Origin: Chrysomallon squamiferum
Lineage: Eukaryota > Animalia > Mollusca
NCBI GenBank assembly: GCA_012295275.1
Contig: CM022676.1
Span: forward strand, 12,462,001-12,526,000
Direction: 5' to 3'
DNA length: 64,000 nt
Positions 53,700-64,000 of this stretch are shown here, piece by piece. Each line of letters starts with the position of its first letter. Position 1 is the stretch's first letter. The notes beneath the pieces are model-generated. The model saw only the letters and a list, made by a program, of their open reading frames with translations. It was not told where the DNA came from and made no database searches. The position numbers were made by a program, and so were the translations under genes.

Positions 53700-54080
53700 C
53701 ATTTTTAATATCTGTAATGTTTACTTGTGTTTGCAGGAAAGCTGTTGTTATTCCTATTCCTAAGCCTCGAAAGATTCCAACAAAACCTTCCAGTTATCAC
53801 CCTTCGTAGTTGCATGTGTAACTCTAGAGAATGAGTAGTTTCTGGAATCTAACAAATCATATTCTGATGTACAGCGTGATTCTGACTCAGAGAAGTATAA
53901 GTGATCATCATGTTTACTTTGAAACATTTGCCAGGAGGCTTTCATCTTCAGAAAGCTTCTATTTATCTTTTACAGAAACTGATGTTGATGATTTTCAAGT
54001 TTGCTACAATCAGCCAGTAAGAATGCAATACCACACTTTGCAAGAAAAGATATTTTCATTCAGATCCAAAATTTATCTTT
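53700..54080 (-). mobile_element. Possible decayed RTE-like LINE 3' fragment
   Basis: Broken minus-strand frames (IEAF..MK..W..DH..LLD) loosely resemble RTE ORF C-termini; weak. Confidence 0.3.
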
Positions 54081-54629
54081 GAAAAAAAAAAAAATCTAAT
54101 TCAGCTTGTCAGGAATTTATAGGTACTATTTATCATACTTTTGAAAACATTCAACCCAAAAGTAAATTAAAATAAATAAATAATTTAAAAAACGTATTAA
54201 AAAAAATAAATAAAAAATTAATAAATTTTAAAAACCCTTTTTTAGTGCATTAATTTCACAACATGCATACATTCTAATATACGTACGATTGCTTATATTT
54301 ATAAACTAAAATTAAATGGTATTTTTAGTTTTGATCCGAGATGTTCCAAAACTGACTTCACAATGTGTACATTTGACCAACGTGGTTATGGTAAAAGTTT
54401 GACAGCAACCAGAAACTGTCAGCTTTTATGAAATAAACAACAAACATTTGCACAACCTTTTTTTGTCAAACTGTTATTATTATTCATTATGTTAAGTGGC
54501 AGTCAGAATATTGTGGCAGTATATAATTTTAATGGGCTTGTTTCTTGCAAGTCTTAGTTGATTAAACATCTTAATAAAAATATTTTGTAAGTTAAAAAGA
54601 AACAAATACTTTGAAATGAGTAAGAATAT

Positions 54630-54775
54630 ATGGGTGTGGATGTGTGTGTGTGTGTGGATGTGTGTGTGTGTGTGTGGATGTGTGTGTGTATGGATTGTGT
54701 GTGTGTGGATGTGTGTGTGTATTTGTGTGTGTGGATGTGTGTGTGTGTGAGTGGATGTGTGTGTGTGTGGATGGA
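54630..54775. repeat. (GT)n/GGAT compound microsatellite
   Basis: Direct inspection. Confidence 0.9.
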
Positions 54776-55779
54776 CACAATAGAGATTGAAAATGAAGAC
54801 ATCTTCCATCAAATGTTACATATACATTAAAGAAGTAAAAAAAAAGAAAAAAGTCTGATATATCTCTGAAGTCTATCTTAAAGATTATTTCCTGATATGA
54901 CTTACTTACATGCGAAGGTCATTCTCATACACTCAGACATTTTCAATGAAATATATATTAAAATAAATGCTGATGTTTCTTAATTTATTTCATTTAACAT
55001 GTTTTTAAATAAGAAAAAAATATTTATAAATTACATATATTGTATAAAAAAATAAAAGAGAATGTAAAGAAATAAATTGGTTTTGTAAAGTGTATTTATC
55101 TTGGAGATGAGACAAATTTGTTTTATAAACTTAATGATAGGTCAGCATTTAACTGATCACAACTGTTGACCAGATAGAGTGCTTTATCAGTTCTTTTGTC
55201 TAGGGTGAGCCTTGCAGGGAATTTCAGCCTATTCTTTGTTGCATCGTGACATGTTACGCAAGGATGTCGATCTTCAGAAAGCTAGCTACAGTTTCTGTGT
55301 TAGTGACCCATTCCCATATTTACCCATCTCACTTTCGTTCAAACACTCCTCCACATTCTCATAGAGATAATCTATCTCTCTGTGGACACGTATGTCACAA
55401 GTATTACCCTCATCACGGAGTATGAAACATGCAGCCCTGGTGTACTCTTTTGGCTCTGAAAGATCATGTTGAAATGTATTGAGGAAAATAGATTTCTCTA
55501 TCTCTATTGGTTGGGTACTGACATCATTACTTGGCATGATGATGGAACAATGTTTTTTATCTTCTGTCTGTAAAATGTCACTCTGTCATGATTGCTGATT
55601 GGGTCTGCGAATCAACAAAAAGTCGGGAAAATGCAGGAGGAATATTCACCTCCTGAGCGATAAATGTTACAAACTTTTGTTTTATACATAAATATATATA
55701 TGCTGTTTTTAAAAGTGTCTTGTGTTTGTTGTGTACAAAAACATGATGTATTTATAATATACCCCATACATAGATCCCA

Positions 55780-56735
55780 CATTTGATACCCCTAGAGCCA
55801 AGCCAACTCAGTCAGTAACCTGCTGAGGTGAATCCCTTTGACAGGAAAAAACTGGGGCCTTGGTCCGGTATCTGGAGACACACCTATTTGAAATGTGATT
55901 TGTAATTGGGGCCTTTACGCATTTTTATTGCAATTCACTATAAGTAAGCAATGTTGTTCAGTAGAACGAATAAGTATGTTATACATGAACACAGATAAGA
56001 ATTTGCTGATTATGTTCAGTGTAGAGCACGTAAGGCCGAGTGAGTGGGAAATTGATTTAACATTAGGCGAAGTAAGTGAAATTGTTATCCAACAAGTTTT
56101 AGGAGATAGGCATGTTATAGGAAGAAAGTGAGATTGTTCGAGAGATGGAGATAAAAATTTGAATACAAAAGAAAAGAACGTGCATTAGATGGAGAGAAAA
56201 AGAAAAAGAGATGATAGGGCATTAGAGAGGGAACATGAGTTCAAGCTGAACAGTATAGCGAATTGAAGAAAACAGGGTCAGTCTTAAAGTGAATTTGTGG
56301 TTAAGAAATCAGGATTGTTTCATAAATGTAGGTAGAGTCATATATAGAGTTGATCTTACAGGACATTAAAACTGGGTTGACAGTTGACTTACGTAATCAT
56401 CTAGAGGATCGGGATATCAAAACGATAGAGGATGCAGACACAGTGGCAGATGACTATACTTTAATACACAAAGCTCAGGCAGCACAGGGTAGTTCTATAC
56501 ATCTTTATTATCAGCAATTGCATGACCTTGTCGTTCCGGTTGCTGCTACTGTAATGGGGAGAACCATGTTAATAAAAAACAAAATAATGTCCAAATGGTA
56601 GTGAATTACTGTATAGACTAATGTCACAAAAAGTAAACCCGTATGTGTTTGATGATATGCTTTATGTCACTGAGGTGTTGAATTCAAGGGCTGTTCAATT
56701 TATTGGGATACAGGATGTAGCCAGTCCCTCATAAC
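55780..56735 (+). mobile_element. Decayed Gypsy LTR retrotransposon fragment (PBS, gag, protease start)
   Basis: PBS-like TGGGGCCTTGGTCCGG at 55853-55868; gag-like LRNHLEDRDIKTIEDADTVADDYTLIHK; degraded Cys/His knuckle; protease DTGCSQSL from 56707. Confidence 0.7.
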
Positions 56736-57049
56736 TTCAGATTGTTTAATTTATTTCCTATTAATTAAGATAATCTTTTCTTTTTCAACATTTACCACAG
56801 TTTTGGTCTTCATGCATAATATATATATATATATATATGCAGTCCAACTTATGTGATTTAGCATGATTTATTAACACACATACATTTTGTTTTAAATCTG
56901 ATTTATTTACGATTTAATGATCATTACAGCAGAGCACTGCATTTTCCCTAATATACAACAAAAACGTCAAAAAAATAATTAAATAAATAAATAAAATAAG
57001 AAAAAGAAAAGAAGAATTAAAAAAAAAAATACAAATAACATTTATAATG

Positions 57050-57093
<44 letters not shown>

Positions 57094-58962
57094 TTGGTAG
57101 GATTTACCTGTTTCATGCGAACCTGTTCTTGGAATTTTATGAGCTCTTGGAATAGGTTGTAACCAGTGTAGGTTTTTTATGTATTTGTTTTATTATTTTC
57201 TTTGTTTTGTTCCATTTAGAATCCATACAGAGAAAATTGTTTTTAACAAACGTAAAAAAATATTTAAGATTATTATTATACTTGCAGTATTTATGTAGTG
57301 TATCAAAGATCAAGAATATTGTACACATTTTATTTACTGATTTAGGTATGTTGTTTAAAGGTTAAATACATTGACTTTTAAATAAAGTAAATTCTTTTTG
57401 TAAACAGTTCATTTCTTGGATTGATCAGCAACATGGGGTTATAATAATTTATAATTAGACTGATCCATCATTAATTTGATTGATTCATTTACTGATTTTC
57501 TGATTGGTAAATATTGGATGATATAAATATTTATAACTTGTTTCTTTCACCAAAATCTGAAGAAATTTTGGTTTAATTAATTTATTTATTTCTATAAATT
57601 TGTCTGTGCTATCACTAATCACATACCTTGACTTTCCTTTTTAAATATTAACTTTCTGATTTAACAATTTGACCACAGTCAGCTACTTAAAAGTTATAAT
57701 ACTGGAGCTTGTATTCATAATTGAATATGGTTACATTTTCATCATTAATATAAAAGTAAATAAAAATAATTGAAAAAGAATAATAATAATTATTATTATT
57801 CACTATACTATGAAATAAACATAAAATATTGAACACAGAAGTCATTTGTGGGCAATCTTTTTCCACCACGTTGAAGATCAAACACAAAAAGGAAATAAGG
57901 TGATAGAAAGGTCACTGAGTAATAGTAGCAATAATAAACATATACATGTACTTTCATTTTTTGTAACTAAAACATTTTAAACAACATCGATCAACAGGCA
58001 AATAGAGGAAACCAAAGGGACAAATGTACCAGCCAAAAACTATGTCTAAAGAAATCCATTTCTGTTAGATACATCATTAAACACATGTCTTACATTTGAT
58101 AAACAGTGAATTTCTCACAATGAGGATGTTTGTTTATGAGATGTACTTATGAATGTCATCTGAAAAGCAACATTTTAATTTTCAATAGATCAGAAACTTG
58201 TAATTAAGTCTTTCATGGCATTAAAAGTTTTCATTTCTAAAACTTCTTATTTATGCATGATAGAACAGCTATTTTGCATTTGTAAATGTATTTAATGACA
58301 AACCCAGTTATCTTTCAAAATATATTTCCTTTGCATACACTAACTAAAGATATTTTATTAGAGTACTAATTTTTATATGAATATAATCTTGAGATTATCT
58401 AGTTTCTATAGATAAAAAGAGAAAAGCTACAATAATTACCAATATTAAATACAATTATTAATAATTATGATCAGTAAATAAACTGGATTTAAACTGAATT
58501 TATATTAGCATAATTATTTGAGCCTTCCATAATCAATTCCCTCTTCAATTAGGATTCAGCTGATTCTGTATTTTAACACAAAACCGTAAATAATTTAGTT
58601 GTGTTTCTTTTATATTTTTATAAAATATGTTCTGTATATAAATATATAACTCCAACTGGTCTCTTGTTAATGTGTCATTTATTCACTGGATATATATATA
58701 TATATAGATATATTTTACTGTGACAATTTACAAATTACCAATTTTTGCCATTGTGGTTTAAACCCTTAGACTTGACAAAGAGCACATAATCATTGGCACT
58801 GCAACAGATACAAATCTAATGTTCTAGAAATACATTTTGTAGCTGACTTTTAATTATATCATAATGACAGTGGTTGTGTTAAAAATTAAGAACCTCAACA
58901 ATAAATATATTATGAAATCAAAAATAAAGTATACCAAAAATTGCATTTAAAATAAAATAAAA

Positions 58963-59000
58963 TCACACAGCCATTCTTCCAATGTTGGTGTAATTTGGAT
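58963..59000 (-). CDS. Gene C terminal exon
   Basis: ttttttcag|DPNYTNIGRMAV*. Confidence 0.72.
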
Positions 59001-62000
59001 CTGAAAAAAATAAAAATAATTCTATTATAAATACATGCATAGCTAAGGGTAATTTACTGGAAACTTGATCAGTTTCTAAATATGCATTCACTATTGATAA
59101 TTTTAGACAATTTGTAATTAAATATTCATCTCTTATTTAGATAGACTTTCTACTGAGATTTGTTTTGAAAAGAAAATATATTTTTTTAAAGCTCTCTGTA
59201 TAGTTTGAATATAAATTCTGCAGAAATGGCTTAAAGTGACATAAGAATGGAATTTAATTATACAAAACTTTTTTTTACCAGTTCTGTTTAAATTTTCATA
59301 CAGTTGAAGTGTTTGGTATTGTGAAGAGTCTTGCCTCTCCTGAAGTCCTTCATAAATACCATCAGGCTTCCCCGACCCATGTTCCTTATCTGTAAACAGT
59401 GACAAAAACATTTCACAATTATTTCATTAAAGCATATACAAATTTATATTATTATAAAAAAATATAATGATAAAAAACCCCAAGAAAAACAAAGAAAAAA
59501 AGAAAATAAAGAAAGAAAGACAAAGAAGGTAAAAAAAATCATTAAATTATTTAATAATTAAAACACTGATAATATACAATTTCTGCACAATATTCCATGT
59601 CTTATCAGTAAATAAGATTGGAATGAAACACTTTACCATGTCCAATAACCTTAGTTCAGAAACCATGCGGTTAATCTTGATGAAATGGGCATCTCAAGAA
59701 AGGTACCTTGACAATGAATATTGTCAGACATACTTCTTTTAGTTAAGGCTGCCATACATTGGAAACCAGTTGTCTAAAATATATAGTGGCATTATATGCC
59801 TCTTTTCTTTTTGACTTCATAATTCAGCCATAAGTAGCTTGATGTAATTAAAAAATCTGAATGTAAAATCTGTTTTGTTCAGGTACTTTTTGTCATAATA
59901 AATACTTTTAATAATTTCTGTGAGAAAAAAATATTGAATGGTATGATTAATATAAACCTGTTTTTCTTATATTTTCATAAAGCTGAAGTGTGGAGTATTG
60001 TTGGGAGTCTCTTCTTTCTTTCAGTTTTTCATATGTATTAGAATCAGGAGCTGTAGCCTCACTTTCTCTGTCTGTGGACAGAATAATTAAACATTTTATT
60101 AATCATCATTATTTGATTTCCTCAAAAGTAACAACCATAACACAAATTAATAATGATAATAAAATGAAGAAGAAGATAATTAAATCTATAATGAACTCAA
60201 CATGTATTTACTGAGATCAAGAAACTTACCAATGACTGGCTGTGCTGACAGATTTGTCACGTCTCTGTTCACTTGCCTACATGGAACAAATACATTTTCC
60301 TGGTTAATAACAAGCAGTTAAGAATATGAATGATGGAATAATTAAAAAACAAATCTTCTTTTGCAAATTCAGAATTATGTAATTACTCATGCACCTGTTT
60401 GTGTGTGTGTGTGTGTGTATGGGAGTGTATGAGAGTGTGTGTGTGTGTGTATGATCATTTGTAATAGTATGATTGTATGGTTTAATGCCAGCAGAACATA
60501 TACAACAAAATCTATATTACATTTGCTCTTTTGTTGGATTTTAAAACTTACTGTCCATTTCCTGAATTGCTTTCTGAAAAATAAATATTAAAAGGAAAAC
60601 ACATATATATTACTTTAGCAAACTTATTTTCACATTTTACTAGTAATATATACATTTTTTAAAATCTTAATTAGGTAATTATTTTTCTTCTAAGAGAGTT
60701 GTCTTTTGCTTTTGGTATAAACACAGACAGAGAATTCAGTACTGTGTTTTTTTTAAAAGATCAAAATATATATAACACATATCATGTAGCTCATCACTGC
60801 AACAAATAACCAAAAAAAAAAACAAAAAAAAAAAACCAGAACAATTACATCAAGCAAATAAGTTGTTTTTAACATTTTATTACACTATAGTATAATATTT
60901 CTCACTGATGAGCTCTTTCTGTAGCAGTCAATTCATATCTACATACATAATACATAATAATTAAAAAACAAATAATGAATCACCATGTTTCTTGTGCTGC
61001 TTTCTCCGATGTGTCACTAACACTGTCACAGTCACTGCAATCACTATTAATGCAACAACACTGCCAGCAACTCCTCCAATCACAACTCCAGTATTTGCAC
61101 TTGAAGACATTTTTACTTAGAGAAACCACAAATAAAGTTTTACAAATTGTTTAATACAAATTCAAATAAAAGTACTTAGTAATTGCATATATGATTACAT
61201 GTAACTTTAAAAAAAACATCTATCTTATTTTTATTAATTTCTATGCACCTATTAATGCTTCTCTTTTAATAACAACAACAACAAGAATAACAACTACAAC
61301 AAAAATATCAATAAAAAGGTAATGATACAGAAATTGTTCATGGTTAAGAAAATACTTATGAATTGTTATGTAGGCTAAATTTATCTGAATAATGTTTATA
61401 AACAGGTTATAATCCAGTTTAGAAGAATGGGTATCAAATGTTAACGGTTTTTAACAGTTTTGTGTAGACTGTTTACTTCTGCTTGTGAAAAAGTGAATAA
61501 CAAAAACACTAAGTAGCAGAAAATTTACCATGATCTGTAATCAGAACAAGAAACAAATTAGAAAATGTGCACTCTACATTTATGTGTGTGTGTGTGTGTG
61601 TATCTCTGTATGTGTGTGGATGTGTGTGTGTGTATGCCTGTGTATGTATGTGTGTGTGTGTATGTGTGTATATGTGTGTGTGTGTATGTCTGTGTATGTC
61701 TGTGTATGTGTGTATGTGTATGTGTGTGTGTGTGTGTGTGTGTGTAATGTTGATCACTGATGAATTGTTCAATATAAAACTTGTTCACAGAATTTAAATT
61801 GTACCAGTAACTGCAGTAATTTAATATTAAAATGTTTTTATTACTTTTTAAATATTTTTACTTTAAAAACCGCTTCCTAATAACACTGCAGAAATACCTG
61901 TACAATAAACTTCAGTCTGTAATGTTACATTTAGTGTTGTGATAAGTAAAAATAAGAATAAATAAACAATACATTTCTTATTAAATAAAATATATTTAAC

Positions 62001-63321
62001 TGAAATAATTAATTACCTTTAGTCTCTATGGTTACTTCAGATGTAAATGGACTGCGGTTTCTGTGCAATTTCTTGAATTCTCAGCTAAAACTCTGAACAC
62101 ATATGTGTGTCCTGAGTTTAATCCTGTGATGTTCATAAAAACAACTTCATCTCTTTCAGCATGATCATTGTACCACTGTTGTATCCAGTCAGACTTTGTA
62201 TCTGTGTCTCTGTATTCGACTAAAAATCTCTGAGTGTATGGACCTCCAGCAAAATCTGCTGTCCACTTTAGAAATACAGTGTCAGTTGTAGAACCAAATG
62301 CTGAGAATGACCTTGGCACGTAAGGAGGTCCTAAGTTAAAAAAAAATATAATAAAAAAAAAATTATAAATAGATTTTTAACTTTTTTTCTTATTATTATA
62401 TGTAGGACATTATAAAATTGAAAATTTGGTATCATTTTCATTATGTTTACAGATTTTCCATCAAAAAGATTACAGATTATACTTTAATCCATAATAAAGA
62501 TTTACTGTTTGTCAGTTTTTACATTCTTCTATTACAACTATTTTAGCATTACGTATTAAATAATAATTCATGTCATTGTTGCATTTGATCCTAACACTTT
62601 TTTCCTAAACAAAGATAAATATTTTTCACTGGTTTTAATAAATGTTTCATCATGTTAATATGAAGTACGTCATCAACTTTATTTTTACTGATGTGTTTAC
62701 TGTAAGGACATCTGTCCATGGACAGTGATGAGTATGTTTAACACATTTGGTGGCTGGTAATACTGTCACTCATCTGACACAAACAGCACATAACACACTG
62801 CATGCTTTCTTTTCTGGGATAAAGTGATTTAAATGTTGCCATGAAGTCTGTCGCCCAAATACCCACAGCTTTAAGTATCTGACATTAGTTTTGATCATTT
62901 CCAGAATAAAAATATGTGATCTAATTAGAGTCATAATGAAATATACTTGAATAAAACCATCAGAAATAAAAACAGTACAAACCTGCTGATGTCAGATTAG
63001 TTGAGAAAATGTCACAAGTGAAATTATTACACACTTCAAGTGTGTACTGTCCAGTGTCTGACTCTTCAAACATGTTGATGTCCAGTGTAAAGTTGAAGCC
63101 GTCATCATGAACAACAACATTTTCAAACAAACTCAGAGTTATTCTTGTTTTAGTCATTTCAGATTTTATTCTGGTGTCATTAATGACGTCACTGTTCTTC
63201 GTCCACTTGTGTGACGTAATTTCACTTTGAGAAAACACGGTTTTGTACAACGTGACTTGTGTGCTTGTTTCTTCTCCAATTGTTTCATCTCTCTTGCTCT
63301 CCAGTGTGATCACTGGTTTTC
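58963..63321 (-). CDS. Gene C: 3' part of third paralogue with two ITAM exons; FN3 exon frameshifted as assembled (pseudogene, secreted form or consensus error)
   Basis: Minus-strand exons 63321-62983 (Ig9), 62330-62017 (FN3, 314 nt), 61115-60984 (TM), 60573-60552, 60276-60230, 60071-59958, 59389-59279, 59000-58963 (stop TGA); all GT-AG; phases compatible apart from the 2-nt insertion. Confidence 0.82.
59279..59389 (-). CDS. Gene C second ITAM exon
   Basis: DKEHGSGKPDGIYEGLQERQDSSQYQTLQLYENLNRT; YxxL-x8-YxxL. Confidence 0.87.
59958..60071 (-). CDS. Gene C first ITAM exon
   Basis: DRESEATAPDSNTYEKLKERRDSQQYSTLQLYENIRKT; YxxL-x8-YxxL. Confidence 0.85.
60230..60573 (-). CDS. Gene C juxtamembrane exons (60573-60552; 60276-60230)
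   Basis: ESNSGNGQ|QVNRDVTNLSAQPVI; both have gtaagt donors; phases 1 to 2 to 1. Confidence 0.75.
60984..61115 (-). CDS. Gene C transmembrane exon
   Basis: VKMSSSANTGVVIGGVAGSVVALIVIAVTVTVLVTHRRKQHKKH; close paralogue of 38206-38337. Confidence 0.88.
61581..61745. repeat. (GT)n-rich microsatellite
   Basis: Direct inspection. Confidence 0.9.
62017..62330 (-). CDS. Gene C FN3 exon with 2-nt insertion
   Basis: 314 nt vs 312 in A and B; frame shifts after AENSR and stops at 62032-62034. Confidence 0.8.
62983..63321 (-). CDS. Gene C Ig9 exon
   Basis: Paralogous to 3231-3569; 339 nt. Confidence 0.9.
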
Positions 63322-63464
63322 CTGTAAAGATCATCATCGTCATCATTCCAACAATATTTATAAGTGATGTAAATAAAACCTTTTTCTGTTTTTAACTTGT
63401 TATTTCTAATATATGTAAAGAAGGATCTGAAATCATAGTAACCAGTCATGATTAACATTTAGAC

Positions 63465-64000
63465 CAGACCTGGGCATTTTGACTGATCGGCCCGTGTAAG
63501 GTTAACTGGGAATTATAAAATAAACATATTTTCTAATTTCACCTCATGCATGGACTAAAGCAGCATTACTTTTATTTTGAAGGTGCTTCTTTTGTTCACG
63601 TACAAAATGACGCAATATGTAAATCTAGACGTGCGTGTGACTGAATCGTTTTCACAAGCAAGTCGCAATACGACTTTAGCCCTCAAAATGTCCGCTCATG
63701 CTAAAAAAAGAAAGGTAGATGCTGAATGCAGGGTTTACAACAAAAAAGTATCTATTTACTGAAATTGGAGATAAAGCCATGAGTTTAGTTTGCAGAGAGC
63801 AGATCGCTGTGTTTAAGGATTACAATTTGAGTTGGCATTATGAGATGAAATATCATGAGTCACAAATGTCAAAAATGTTCACATTTTCTTTACCATTGTT
63901 TTGAGAAATTTGATTGAATAACTGACATTTTTTCTAAGGCAACCTCACTTTTTTATTGTTTAATAATAACATATACTCTTACCAGCTTGTCAAAACAAAG
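63465..64000 (+). mobile_element. hAT (SPIN/Charlie-like) fragment in gene C intron, truncated by window end
   Basis: TSD reverse complement ATTTAGAC at 63457-63464, then CAGACCTGGGCA; MSAHAKKRKVDAECRV. Confidence 0.85.

Noticed and set aside
55286-55537. 83-aa minus-strand ORF containing YLYENV
   Set aside because: No convincing splice context linking it to the receptors; lies next to Gypsy debris and is probably repeat-derived.

Overview
AT-rich, intron-containing animal DNA, probably from an invertebrate (mollusc-like; an inference from composition and repeat style only). The window holds three paralogues of a nephrin-like immunoglobulin-superfamily receptor: signal peptide, 9 Ig-like domains, 1 FN3, transmembrane (TM) helix and a tyrosine-motif tail. 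Gene A (+, 5' end outside the window, exons 350-7200) ends in one ITAM. Gene B (+, complete, 22623-50618, 24 exons, about 1369 aa by hand assembly) has a long tail ending in an ITIM plus ITSM pair (LIYVDL...TEYASI). Gene C (-, 5' end outside the window, 63321-58963) has two ITAM exons and a 2-nt frameshift in its FN3 exon. The visible ectodomain exons are nearly identical between paralogues (A vs B even in introns), while the tails carry opposite signalling motifs. This is the architecture of a paired activating/inhibitory immune-receptor family homogenised by gene conversion. Most tail exons are too short to appear in the ORF track and were found by reading splice sites. Other features: a 3.5-kb 34-bp minisatellite born from a splice donor, a hAT (SPIN/Charlie-like) fragment with an 8-bp TSD in all three genes, two copies of a TA-flanked MITE, pogo, MULE, Gypsy and LINE relics, and many microsatellites. 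Gene models are manual and lack transcript support.
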